Assembly (NCBI GenBank): GCA_963692775.1
Contig: OY839116.1
Span: 3,149,334-3,213,333, forward strand
Reading direction: 5' to 3'
Source of the DNA: Dehalococcoidia bacterium
GTDB lineage: Bacteria; Chloroflexota; Dehalococcoidia; UBA2979
DNA: 64,000 bases
Below, piece after piece: positions 31,573 to 41,008 of the stretch. Position 1 is the first letter of the stretch, and each line of letters begins with the position of its first letter. Position numbers and translations under genes: made by a program. Under the pieces are notes generated by a model. That model ran no database searches and was not told the origin of the DNA. It was given only the letters and a program-made list of their open reading frames with translations.

Positions 31573-33774
31573 ATGAGCGCAGCGCCTCAGCCGGACCGCC
31601 CGCTCCTCCTCGCCGGGCGCACCGCCGCGGTCGAGTGGGCATCGCTGCTGCTGCGCCGCGCCGGGCGCGAGGTACGCCTGCTGGAACGAGCGGGCGAGGG
31701 CGTCACGGTGCGCGCCGCCTGGAGCGAGGACGGCGACGGCGCGGCCGAGCCCTTCGCCGCGATCGCGGACGCCGTCGCGCGCCTCGACGCCGCGGCGCTG
31801 CTCGTCGACTTCGACGACCGCGCGGGCTGGCCGGACGGCGCGCTGCCGGAGGGGCTGGGCTGTCCCGCAGTCGTGATCTCCGCCTTCGGGCGCGCGCCCG
31901 ACGCGCCGAGGGGCGGCAACCTCACCGTCTCGGCGGCGTCGGGGGTGCTGCACCTCACGGGCGCCTCGGGTGACCAGGAGGGCAGGCCGCTGGTGCTGCA
32001 CGAGCACCAGACGGAGACGATCGCAGGCTCCTACGCCGCGATGGCGCTGCTGCTCGCCTCCGCGCACGGCCAGCCCGGCCAGCTGATCGAGCTGACCAAG
32101 CACGAGTGCTTCTCGATCTGCGCCGCCGGCGAGGTGGTGAAGTGGACCTACGCCGGACTCTCGCCGACGCGCCTCGGCTCGGCGCTGTTCCAGCCGATGG
32201 AGGTGATGAGCGCCTCCGACGGCGATCTGTTCGTCCTCTGCACCAGCGAGGAGCAGTGGCAGCGCCTGATGCGCGAGATCGGCGACCCCGAGTGGGCGAG
32301 CTGGGAGATCTTCGCCCACCGCGGCCTGCGAGGCGAGAACTGGGACGTCCTCGAACCGCGGCTCGCCCCGTGGTTCGCCACGCGCAGCTGCGACGAGCTG
32401 ATGGACCTCGCGCTGCGCGAGCGGCTGCCCTTCGCGTTCGCCCTCGCGCCGCCCGGCGTCGAGGAAATGGAGGAGGAGCTGTCCGGCAGCGCCGACGTGC
32501 GCGACTGGCTCTACCGCTCGACGCCCTCCCCGGCGCCCGCGCCGCCCTCGCGGGGCGCGGGCGCGACCGACCTCGCGCGGCCGCTCGAGGGCGTCACGGT
32601 GCTCGACCTCAGCACGGTCTGGGCGACGCCGCTCAGCACCGCGCAGCTCGCGCACCTTGGGGCGCGGGTGATCAAGGTCGAGTCGCAACACCGCCTCGAC
32701 CACACGCGCTCGCGCATCGGGGAGTTGTCGCTGCCCGACGCCGACCTGCCGGAGTGGGACCGCAAGGGCTCGTTCCGCGAGACGAACCAGGGCAAGGAGA
32801 GCGCCACGGTCAACCTCGGAACCGCCGAGGGGCAGCGGCTGTTCCGCGAACTGGCGGCGCAGGCGGACATCGTCGTCTCCAACTTCACGCCCGGCGTCGC
32901 GGAGCGCCTCGGACTCTCGGCGGAGGCGCTGTGGGAGGCGAACCCGGGCCTGATCATCGGGCGGCTCTCCGCCTACCACCCGGACAGCCGGCTGTCGCGC
33001 CTCGTCGGCTTCGGCTACGCGATGCTGCTCGCCTGCGGCTTCGGCTACCAGGGCGAGGGCGAGCCGTGGATCGACCGCAGCATCGCCTACCCCGACCCGC
33101 AGGCCGGCTTCGTGCTCGCCTTCGCGATGATCGACGCGCTCCAGCAGCGCGCGCGCAGCGGGCGCGGCGCGCTGATCGAGGTCGACCTGTTCGGTCCCTC
33201 CGCGGCGCTGCACCGCTACCTCGGAAGCAACTACCCGCCGCGCGACGGCGCTGGCGAGCCGCTCGACTCAAGTCGCGGTTTCGAGCTGCCCGTGCCCGCC
33301 TTCAGCGAGTGCCTGCCCTGCCTCCACGATGAGTGGGTTGCCGTCGTCTGCGAGTCGCCCGAGGAGGTCGGGCGACTCGCGAGCGCCCTCGGCGCGGACG
33401 GCCCGGCGGCCGGGGAGCCGCCGCGCGAACTGGCGCGGCGGCTGGGTGAGGTGAGCCGCCAGCGCGAAGCGCAGCAGCTGGAGGCGCTGCTGCGCGATCG
33501 CGGCCTCGCCGCGCAGCGTGTGCTCGACCTGCGGCAGCTCGTGCGCGAGGCGGGCCTGACGACCGCCGCCCACGCCTCGGGCGGCCTGTTCCGCGTGCCC
33601 GAGGGCGAGCGCCACATCCACGCCGCAAGCCCCTGGGTGCTCGACGGCGAGCGCTACGACTCCAAGCGCCGCGCCCCGCGGCTCGGCGAGCACACGACCG
33701 CCGTGCTCGGCGACCTGCTCGGCCTCGCGCCGGGCGCGATCACCGACCTCGAAGCCCGCGAGGTGGCGTGGTAG
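31573..33774 (+). CDS. Two-domain family-III (CaiB/BaiF) CoA-transferase; the N-terminal domain is degenerate
   Basis: 733 aa. The second half carries LEGVTVLDLSTVWATPLSTAQLAHLGARVIKVE. The first half keeps only the fold-like pattern (LLLAGRTAAVEWASLLLRRAGREVRLLE). Confidence 0.7.
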   Translation: MSAAPQPDRPLLLAGRTAAVEWASLLLRRAGREVRLLERAGEGVTVRAAWSEDGDGAAEPFAAIADAVARLDAAALLVDFDDRAGWPDGALPEGLGCPAVVISAFGRAPDAPRGGNLTVSAASGVLHLTGASGDQEGRPLVLHEHQTETIAGSYAAMALLLASAHGQPGQLIELTKHECFSICAAGEVVKWTYAGLSPTRLGSALFQPMEVMSASDGDLFVLCTSEEQWQRLMREIGDPEWASWEIFAHRGLRGENWDVLEPRLAPWFATRSCDELMDLALRERLPFAFALAPPGVEEMEEELSGSADVRDWLYRSTPSPAPAPPSRGAGATDLARPLEGVTVLDLSTVWATPLSTAQLAHLGARVIKVESQHRLDHTRSRIGELSLPDADLPEWDRKGSFRETNQGKESATVNLGTAEGQRLFRELAAQADIVVSNFTPGVAERLGLSAEALWEANPGLIIGRLSAYHPDSRLSRLVGFGYAMLLACGFGYQGEGEPWIDRSIAYPDPQAGFVLAFAMIDALQQRARSGRGALIEVDLFGPSAALHRYLGSNYPPRDGAGEPLDSSRGFELPVPAFSECLPCLHDEWVAVVCESPEEVGRLASALGADGPAAGEPPRELARRLGEVSRQREAQQLEALLRDRGLAAQRVLDLRQLVREAGLTTAAHASGGLFRVPEGERHIHAASPWVLDGERYDSKRRAPRLGEHTTAVLGDLLGLAPGAITDLEAREVAW

Positions 33775-33807
33775 GTCGCTTGCCGGGCCTCGGCCTGGGA
33801 GTTGCGG

Positions 33808-34578
33808 CTAGCGGCCCTTCCAGACGGGCGGGCGCTTCTCGGCGAAGGCGCGCGCGCCCTCGCGGATGTCCTCCGAGCTGTCGATGTTCGCCCGGTAGAC
33901 CCACTCGCTGAGGCGATAGGAGTAGTCCATGTTCTCGTGCCGCCAGGCGCGGAAGGCGGCCTTCGTGCCCTTGACCGCCAGCGGCGCGTTCTCCGCGATC
34001 AGCTCGGCGATCTCGATCGCCCGAGGCAGCAGCCGCTCCGGCTCGACGACCTCGGCGACGATGCCCCACTCCTTGGCCTTCTCCGGCTCGACGCGGTCGC
34101 CGGTGAGCAGCATGTAGCTCGCCGCCGCGAGGTTGATCATCCTCGGCAGGTGGTGGATGGCGTAGCCGGCCATGCGGCCGCGCTTCGGCTCGAACAGCGC
34201 GAACCACGCCTCCGTCGAGCAGATCCGGATATCGCAGTCGAGCGCGCGCTCGAGGCCGCCGCCGACGGCGAGGCCGTTGACCGCGGCGATGTAGGGCTTC
34301 TGCGCCAGCGAGTAGGGGGCCGAGTCGTTGAAGCGCACCGTGGGCTTGGTGCGGCCCGCCGAGAACTCCTCGTTGCTCTCCTTCAGGTCGGCGCCCGCGC
34401 AGAAGGCGCGGCCCGCGCCGGTCACGATCCCGGCGCGCATCTCCGGGTCCGCCTCGAAGTCGGCGACGGCGCGCTTGAGGTCCTCCTGCATCGCGCCGCC
34501 GAGGGCGTTGAGCCGCTCGGGGCGGTTCATCGTGAAGATGGCGTAGTGGTCGCGCTTGTCGTACAGCAGATCGGGCAT
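33808..34578 (-). CDS. Enoyl-CoA hydratase/isomerase family protein
   Basis: 256 aa with FTMNRPERLNAL...TGAGRAFCAGADL...AAVNGLAVGGG. Confidence 0.85.
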   Translation of the reverse strand: MPDLLYDKRDHYAIFTMNRPERLNALGGAMQEDLKRAVADFEADPEMRAGIVTGAGRAFCAGADLKESNEEFSAGRTKPTVRFNDSAPYSLAQKPYIAAVNGLAVGGGLERALDCDIRICSTEAWFALFEPKRGRMAGYAIHHLPRMINLAAASYMLLTGDRVEPEKAKEWGIVAEVVEPERLLPRAIEIAELIAENAPLAVKGTKAAFRAWRHENMDYSYRLSEWVYRANIDSSEDIREGARAFAEKRPPVWKGR

Positions 34579-34724
34579 GGCCAGTCCTGTCTTCCTGTCG
34601 CGCCGCGATCATGGCGGCGTCGGCCCCGCTTCGCAACCCCTCGTGCCCAACCACTGAGGCGCGGCGAAGCGTGGCGGGTTGCGGTAGGGTGAGAGGGGAG
34701 CCCCGATGGGCCCGGAGGCGAGCG

Positions 34725-34808
34725 ATGATCCCCGACGTTGCGGAGCGCGCCGAAGAACTGGAGCGCCTCTGCGTCCGCTATGGCGTCCGCCGGCTCGGCG
34801 TAGGATAG
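34725..34808 (+). pseudogene. 27-codon remnant of a second MntA-type nucleotidyltransferase N-terminus
   Basis: MIPDVAERAEELERLCVRYGVRRLGVG then a stop. It mirrors the N-terminal segment of the intact mntA gene immediately downstream. Confidence 0.4.
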
Positions 34809-34812
34809 CCGC

Positions 34813-35112
34813 ATGGATGCGATGACGCGCGACGAGGTCATCGAGGCGCTGCGAGCGCACCGCGAGACGCTGGCCGAGCGCTTCGGCGTGCAAAGCCTCG
34901 CGCTCTTCGGCTCGTACGCACGCGACGCGGCCAGCGACGCGAGCGACGTCGACATCCTCGTCCGGTTCGACCCGGCTCCGGACTGGCGGCGCTACTTCGG
35001 AGCGCAAGCCTATCTCGAGGATGTCCTGGGGCGGCCCGTTGACCTCGCGACGATCGGCGAGGTGCGCGAGGAGATTCGCGGCCACGTGGAGAAGGACGCC
35101 ATCAGTGTCTGA
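34813..35112 (+). CDS. mntA: MntA-type nucleotidyltransferase (antitoxin of HepT/MntA modules)
   Basis: 99 aa with LFGSYARD...SDVDILVRFD, the minimal NTase motif. Confidence 0.8.
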   Translation: MDAMTRDEVIEALRAHRETLAERFGVQSLALFGSYARDAASDASDVDILVRFDPAPDWRRYFGAQAYLEDVLGRPVDLATIGEVREEIRGHVEKDAISV

Positions 35113-35365
35113 CGCGCCGGGCGAGAGCCGGGAGTGGCGCTTCTACATCGGCGACATGCTGCGGTTCGGTGAGAAGGTGCTTGCCTACACGGAAGGCCTC
35201 GATCAGGCCGCCTTCCTCGCAAATGAGCGCACGTACGACGCCGCGCTGCGCAATATCGAGTTGATCGGCGAGGCCGCTACGCACATCCCGGTTGAGGTCC
35301 AAGAGGCGCACGACGGCGTCCCCTGGCGCGCGATCATCCGACGCAATCCCAGCCCTCTTGCCTGA
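35105..35365 (+). pseudogene. hepT: HepT (DUF86) toxin gene lacking the Rx4HxY catalytic region
   Basis: The N-terminal two-thirds are DUF86-like (RNIELIGEAATHIP...VPWRAII). It stops right where R-x4-H-x-Y is expected. A typical C-terminal tail (LPELRDMLD...) continues in another frame at ~35360-35413. Confidence 0.6.
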
Positions 35366-35572
35366 GTTGAGGGACATGCTCGACACCGCAGCGGACCCCG
35401 TGTCGAGCAAGTGATCCATGATGCCTCCCGCCAGCCGGGTCAGCGAGCACGCTTGAGCGACCCGCCTGGCGCCGCACTACGCCTGCGGGCTCCGGGCCGA
35501 CGAACGCGGGAGCGCACGCGCCCGCAGCGGGCCGCCGTCCGCTACCCTGCTGCGTGACACGGAGGAGCGGCG

Positions 35573-36505
35573 ATGAGCGCGCGCATCGGGCTGGGCATGG
35601 CGGCGTTCCCGTTCGCCTCGACGCGCGCGTTCCGCGAGTGGGTGGAGCTCTGCGAGGAGCGCGACGTCGACTCGATCTGGCAGTCCGACCGGCTGATCTC
35701 GCCGCAACCGCAGCTCGAGGCGCTGAGCGTCATGGCCACCCTCGCCGGGGCGACCGAGCGGCTCAAATTCGGGATGAGCGTCGTCGTCCTGCCGCTGCGC
35801 GATCCGCTCGTGCTCGCGATGCAGTGCGCGACCATCGACTTCCTCAGCGACGGGCGGATGCTGCCCGCCTTCGGCGTCGGCCCCGAGGTCGCGCCCGAGT
35901 GGGCCGCGACCGGCCGCGAGCCGCGCGGGCGCGGGCCCCGCTCCGACGAGGCGCTGGAGATCATCACCCGGCTCTGGCGCGGCGAGACCGTGAGCCTCGA
36001 GGGCGAGTACTACCGCTACAAGGACGCCTCGATCGCTCCGCTGCCGGTGCAGCAGCCGCTGCCGCTCTGGATCGGCGGCTCCAGCCCCGCCGCCGTGCGG
36101 CGCACCGCGCGCTTCGGCAACGGCTGGCTCGGCGGGCTGCAATCGCCGGCGCAGGTCGCGCCCGTGGTCGCCTCGATTCGCAAGGCCTCGAGGGAGGCGG
36201 GGCGGCCCGTGCCCGAGGACCACTACGGCGCGAGCTTCCCCTTCCGCTTCGGGGGCTGGGACGACCCCATGGTCGAGCGCGCGGCCGCCGCGATCAGCCG
36301 CCGCCCAGGCGCCACGGATCGCGCCGACCCGACCACCTACTTCGCGGTCGGCGACGCGGCCGCCATCCTCGAACGCCTCGAGGAGTACGCCGCCGTCGGC
36401 GTCTCCAAGTTCGTGATGCGCCCGATCGCCGAGGACGACGACGACCTCATGGAGCAGACGCGGCGCCTCGCGGACGAGGTGCTGCCCGTCGTCCACGGCG
36501 AGTAG
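35573..36505 (+). CDS. LLM-class (luciferase-like) F420-dependent oxidoreductase
   Basis: 310 aa with DSIWQSDRL...LKFGMSVVVLPLRDPLVLA...LWIGGSS. Confidence 0.8.
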   Translation: MSARIGLGMAAFPFASTRAFREWVELCEERDVDSIWQSDRLISPQPQLEALSVMATLAGATERLKFGMSVVVLPLRDPLVLAMQCATIDFLSDGRMLPAFGVGPEVAPEWAATGREPRGRGPRSDEALEIITRLWRGETVSLEGEYYRYKDASIAPLPVQQPLPLWIGGSSPAAVRRTARFGNGWLGGLQSPAQVAPVVASIRKASREAGRPVPEDHYGASFPFRFGGWDDPMVERAAAAISRRPGATDRADPTTYFAVGDAAAILERLEEYAAVGVSKFVMRPIAEDDDDLMEQTRRLADEVLPVVHGE

Positions 36506-36519
36506 CCGGCGAACCACCG

Positions 36520-37428
36520 ATGGCGCGAGCCGAACCCGTCCAGCACCACTTCGAGTCGCAGCGGCTGCGGCTGGCTTACTGGGAGTGGGGCGAGCCAGAG
36601 TCGCCGCCGCTGCTGCTGCTGCACGGCAAGCGCGACCACGCCCGCTCGCTCGACCGCCTCGCGGCTGCGTTCCGCGACGAGTACCGCGTGATCGCCCCGG
36701 ACTTGCGAGGCCACGGCGACTCGGCTTGGGCCGTCGGCGGCTACTACGGCATGTCCGAGCACATCGCCGACCTGCTGGCGCTGATCGACATGGTCGGCGG
36801 TCCGGTCGATATCGTCGGGCACTCCTTCGGCTCGCGCATCGCGCTCTATGCGGCGGGGGCGTTCGCGGAGCGCGTGCACTCGGTCGTGGCGATCGAGGCG
36901 ACGGTCAACTTCGCCTTCCGCGGCCTCTCGCGCCGCCCGCTGAGCGAGCCCGAGGCGCTGCGCCGCTGGATCGCGCGCCACGAGGGCTATGCGGAGCTGC
37001 AGCCGCGCGTCTACAAGACGCTCGAGGAGGCGCGAGAGCGCATCCAGCGCGTCGACAGCCGCCTCGACGACGCGTTCGCCCTCGAGCTGGCGCGGCACGC
37101 GCTGCGCCCGGTCGAGGGCGGCTACATCTGGAAGTTCGACCCGTTCGCGAGAGGCCGCACCAGCGACGAGGTCGACGTGGAGACGGTGCGCGGGTTCTGG
37201 TCGGCCGTCGAGTGTCCGGTGCTGCACCTGCTCGGCGGCGCCTCGACGTGGTCGACGACGCCCCCTCTGGAGGAGGACCGGGCCGCCTTCCGCGACGCGC
37301 GCTGGCTGATCGTCCCGGAGGCGGGCCACTGGCTGCACCACGACGCCCCCGAGGTCGCGATCCGCGAGGCGCACGCCTTCCTCGCTCGGCACGGGCGCGC
37401 GGCGGGCGGCGGGGACGGTGCGGGGTAA
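36520..37428 (+). CDS. Alpha/beta-fold hydrolase
   Basis: 302 aa with HGKRDHARS...DLRGHGDS...the nucleophile elbow GHSFGS...and a C-terminal HWLHHD. Confidence 0.8.
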   Translation: MARAEPVQHHFESQRLRLAYWEWGEPESPPLLLLHGKRDHARSLDRLAAAFRDEYRVIAPDLRGHGDSAWAVGGYYGMSEHIADLLALIDMVGGPVDIVGHSFGSRIALYAAGAFAERVHSVVAIEATVNFAFRGLSRRPLSEPEALRRWIARHEGYAELQPRVYKTLEEARERIQRVDSRLDDAFALELARHALRPVEGGYIWKFDPFARGRTSDEVDVETVRGFWSAVECPVLHLLGGASTWSTTPPLEEDRAAFRDARWLIVPEAGHWLHHDAPEVAIREAHAFLARHGRAAGGGDGAG

Positions 37429-37649
37429 TGTCGATCCCCAAGAAGTTCGCCTTGGTGGGGCCGGTCACGGCCGTTCGATGGGCAGTGAAGCGCTGGCGGG
37501 AGCGTCGCCTCAGCGACGCCTACAAGCTCGCCTGGGAGCAGTGGGAGGTCTCCGGCGACGCTGCGCTGTGGGACACGACGGTCGGCGACGGCCTGGAGCC
37601 CGAGGACTGGTCGGCGGAGCCCAGCTATCCTTCGAGGGCTACGGAGTGA
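37428..37649 (+). CDS. Hypothetical small protein (73 aa)
   Basis: The ATG overlaps the upstream TAA (TAATG). GC3-rich codons. No recognisable family. Confidence 0.35.
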   Translation: MSIPKKFALVGPVTAVRWAVKRWRERRLSDAYKLAWEQWEVSGDAALWDTTVGDGLEPEDWSAEPSYPSRATE

Positions 37650-37679
37650 TGCCGCGCGAAGAGCGCAGCAGCGGTGCCG

Positions 37680-37832
37680 CTACTTGAACAGCTTGCCCAG
37701 CCCCCGGCCGGTCGCCTTCCCGGCGGCGCGGCGCGCGATGCGCCGCCCGACGCGCCCGCGCCGCACGGCGTTGATGTCGCCGAGCAGCCTCGCCAGCCAG
37801 TAGAGGAACCCGCGGGTCTTGCTGATGCTCAT
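37680..37832 (-). CDS. Hypothetical small basic protein (50 aa; MSISKTRGFLYWLARLLGDINAVRRGRVGRRIARR...)
   Basis: Short ORF with an ATG start. It resembles a small basic protein family recalled from high-GC Gram-positives; this was not verified. Confidence 0.4.
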   Translation of the reverse strand: MSISKTRGFLYWLARLLGDINAVRRGRVGRRIARRAAGKATGRGLGKLFK

Positions 37833-37843
37833 CGCGTCGGTCC

Positions 37844-38725
37844 CTACGCCGCGCCCTCCGTGACGCCGTAGCGCGCCTCGAGCTCGTGCCAGTCGGGGGC
37901 GCCGACGATCTGCTCGAACTCGTGGAAGCCGGTGAGGGCGTCGACGCGGCTCGCGGTGGTCTTCTCGTCGTGGAGGGCGCGGAAGGTGGCGGCGACCGCC
38001 TTCGCCGCGCTGAACAGCGCCGCGAGGGGGAAGACCACCATCCCGTAGCCGAGCTCCTGCAGCTCGGTGGTGGAGAGCAGCGGCGTCTTGCCGCCCTCGA
38101 TCATGTTGGCGAACAGCGGCGCGTCCGGGATCGCCTCGCGCACCGCCTTCAGCTCGTCGATCGACTGCGGCGCCTCGACGAAGACGACGTCCGCGCCGGC
38201 CTCGTGGTAGAGCCGGCCGCGGCGGATCGCCTCGTCGAGGCCGAGCGGGGCGCGCGCGTCCGTGCGGCCGATGATCACGAGGTCGTCGTCGCCGCGGGCG
38301 TCGACGGCGGCGTGCAGTTTCTGCACCTGCTCCTCGGCGGGGATCACGCGCTTGCCCTCGAAGTGGCCGCACTTCTTGGGCCACTCCTGGTCCTCGAGGA
38401 TGATGCCGGCCACGCCGGCGCTGACGCACTCGCGCACGGTGCGGACGACGTTGAGCGGGTTGCCGTAGCCGGTATCCATGTCGGCCACCAGCGGCACATC
38501 GACGGCGGCGACGATGGGGCGCACGCGGTCGAGCACCTCGGAGGCGGTGAGCAGGCCGTAGTCGGGAGCGCCGAGGGCGGCGGCGGAGAAGCCGAAGCCG
38601 GTCGTGAAGACGGCGTCGAAGCCGGCCTGCTGGGCCAGCCGCGCCGAGAGCGCGTCGTAGGCGCCCGGCAGCACGATGATCTCCGGCCCGCCGAGCCGGG
38701 CCCGCAACGCGGTCGAGTGGCGCAT
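37844..38725 (-). CDS. Isocitrate lyase/PEP mutase superfamily enzyme (methylisocitrate lyase / carboxyvinyl-carboxyphosphonate phosphorylmutase-like)
   Basis: 293 aa with PGAYDALSA...DMDTGYG...ILEDQEWPKKCGH...GRTDA. Confidence 0.8.
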   Translation of the reverse strand: MRHSTALRARLGGPEIIVLPGAYDALSARLAQQAGFDAVFTTGFGFSAAALGAPDYGLLTASEVLDRVRPIVAAVDVPLVADMDTGYGNPLNVVRTVRECVSAGVAGIILEDQEWPKKCGHFEGKRVIPAEEQVQKLHAAVDARGDDDLVIIGRTDARAPLGLDEAIRRGRLYHEAGADVVFVEAPQSIDELKAVREAIPDAPLFANMIEGGKTPLLSTTELQELGYGMVVFPLAALFSAAKAVAATFRALHDEKTTASRVDALTGFHEFEQIVGAPDWHELEARYGVTEGAA

Positions 38726-38897
38726 CCCGCTCCTCCATCCGCCCCGCCGCCGCTGATCGCGGGGCGCGGCGAGGATAGCGAACCCGCGCGCAGCGCGCGC
38801 CCGTGCTATTGTCGTGCCTCCGGACGCGTTCGCAGCCCCCGACGGCCGCGAGGTGGCAGCGCTTCCGGGTGCGTCCCCGAACCGGCGCGGGAGGTCC

Positions 38898-39758
38898 ATG
38901 ACTCAAAGCGAACCCCAGATCCGCGTCGAGGGAGTGTGGAAGGTCTTCGGCGACCAGGCCGATCGCGTATTCGAGCCCGAGTACGTGGAGCGCAGCCGGG
39001 CCGAGATCCAGGACGAACTGGGCGCCGTGGTCGGGCTTCGCGACGTCTCCTTCACGGTCGATACCGGCCAGGTCTTCGTCGTGATGGGCCTCTCCGGCAG
39101 CGGCAAGTCCACCCTCGCCCGCTGCCTGATCCGCCTCGTCGAGGCGACGCGCGGCGCGATCCGCTTCGACGGCGAGGACATCCTCCAGTACAGCCCGAAG
39201 GAGCTGAGCGAGTTCCGCCGCAAGCGGATCGCCATGGTCTTCCAGCACTACGGCCTGCTGCCCCACCGCCGCGTGCTCGACAACGTCGCCTACGGCCTCG
39301 AAATCCAGGGCGTGGACGAGCGCACGCGGCGCCGCGCGGCCCACCAGGCGATCGAGACGGTCGGCCTCGACGGCTGGGAGGACTACTACCCGCACGAGAT
39401 GAGCGGCGGCATGCAGCAGCGCGTCGGCATCGCCCGCGCGCTCGCGGTGGACCCCGACGTGCTGATCATGGACGAGCCGTTCAGCGGCCTCGACCCGCTG
39501 ATCCGCCGCCGCATGCAGGACGAACTGATCAGCCTCGAGGGCGAACTCCACAAGACCATCGTCTTCATCACGCACGACCTCAACGAGGCGATCAAGCTCG
39601 GCGACCGCATCGCGATCATGCGCGACGGCGTGATCGTCCAGGAAGGCGCGCCCGAGGAGATCGTCACGCAGCCCGCCGACGACTACGTCGCCGACTTCGT
39701 GCAGGACGTCTCCAGCGTCGCCGAACTGCGCGCGGGCCAGTCCGGGGAGGCGCACTGA
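38898..39758 (+). CDS. Glycine betaine/proline-type ABC transporter ATP-binding subunit (no CBS tail)
   Basis: 286 aa with Walker A GLSGSGKST, signature MSGGMQQR and Walker B LIMDEPFS. The N-terminal extension is typical of the ProV/OpuAA type. Confidence 0.85.
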   Translation: MTQSEPQIRVEGVWKVFGDQADRVFEPEYVERSRAEIQDELGAVVGLRDVSFTVDTGQVFVVMGLSGSGKSTLARCLIRLVEATRGAIRFDGEDILQYSPKELSEFRRKRIAMVFQHYGLLPHRRVLDNVAYGLEIQGVDERTRRRAAHQAIETVGLDGWEDYYPHEMSGGMQQRVGIARALAVDPDVLIMDEPFSGLDPLIRRRMQDELISLEGELHKTIVFITHDLNEAIKLGDRIAIMRDGVIVQEGAPEEIVTQPADDYVADFVQDVSSVAELRAGQSGEAH

Positions 39759-40825
39759 TGGCCGGAGCCGACCGCGCGTTCGACGACCAGCTCGACGACG
39801 CGCCCTCGATCACCGCGAGGCTCGAGCAGCTCGCGCGCAAGCCGCTGACGCGGGGCCTGGCGGCGGTGCTCGTGGTGCTCGTGGCGAGCCTGCTGATCTG
39901 GGGCCCGGGAATGGAATTCCCGACCACGATCTCGCAGTCCGAGGCGGAGACCTCGGGCGGCGGCACGGTCACGCTCGACCGCACCGTGCGCAACGTCGTC
40001 GGCGACGCCATCGACGACACGGTGGACTGGATGACGCGCAGCGGCAGCTGGCTCTTCGACGGCCTCAGCGAGGCGACGGCCTACGCGCTGGTCAACATCG
40101 AGGACGTGCTGAAGTGGCTGCCCTGGCCGGCCGTCGTCGTCGCGCTCTCGCTGCTCGCCTTCGCGGTGGGGCGCTGGAGCCTGCTCGCGTTCACGGCGCT
40201 GGCGCTGCTCTACATCGGCTTCATGGGGCTGTGGAACAACGCGATCGACACGATCGCGCTGATCGTCGTGGCGGTGGCGGTCGCGCTGGCGATCGGGCTG
40301 CCGCTCGGCGTGCTCGGCGCGCGCAGCCGCATCGCCGACCGCCTGATGCTGCCGATCCTCGACGCGATGCAGACGATGCCGAGCTTCGTCTACCTGCTGC
40401 CGGGCATCCTCTTCTTCGGCCTGGGCAAACCGGCCGGCGTCTTCGCCACGGTGATCTACGCCGTCCCGCCCGTGATCCGCCTCACGAACCTCGGCATCCG
40501 CCAGGTCTCGCCCGAGGTGGTCGAGGCCGCCCTCGCCTTTGGCTCGTCGCCGTGGCAGGTGCTGACGAAGGTGCAGATCCCGATGGCGCTGCCGACGATC
40601 ATGGCGGGCATCAATCAGACCACGCTGATGGCGCTGGCGATGGTCACGATCGCCAGCATGGTGGCCGCCGGCGGGCTCGGCGACAACGTGCTGCGCGCGC
40701 TGCAGAAGAACGAGTCCGGCAACGGCGTGATCGCCGGCCTCGCGATCGTCTTCCTCGCCATCATCATCGACCGCCTCACGCAATCGATCGCCTCGGGCGA
40801 GAAGGGACGCATGAGCGCCGGCTGA
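39758..40825 (+). CDS. ABC transporter permease (ProW/OpuAB-like)
   Basis: 355 aa. The ATG overlaps the upstream TGA. Multiple transmembrane segments and an EAA-like loop (EAALAFGSSPWQVLTKVQIP). Confidence 0.85.
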   Translation: MAGADRAFDDQLDDAPSITARLEQLARKPLTRGLAAVLVVLVASLLIWGPGMEFPTTISQSEAETSGGGTVTLDRTVRNVVGDAIDDTVDWMTRSGSWLFDGLSEATAYALVNIEDVLKWLPWPAVVVALSLLAFAVGRWSLLAFTALALLYIGFMGLWNNAIDTIALIVVAVAVALAIGLPLGVLGARSRIADRLMLPILDAMQTMPSFVYLLPGILFFGLGKPAGVFATVIYAVPPVIRLTNLGIRQVSPEVVEAALAFGSSPWQVLTKVQIPMALPTIMAGINQTTLMALAMVTIASMVAAGGLGDNVLRALQKNESGNGVIAGLAIVFLAIIIDRLTQSIASGEKGRMSAG

Positions 40826-41008
40826 TCGGCCGGCCGTGATGGACGCGACGCAACGCCGCCGGACCCGCGAACCGAGCCGCACGCGCGGCCGCGGCTCCTG
40901 CGGCGCCATCAGCCGTTGGTACGCGCGCCGCTGCTACCGGCAGTGAGCCCGGCTCGACGCGCGGGCAGGCCGCGCCAACCCTCGATCCGCAAGCCCGCTG
41001 AAGGGAGC

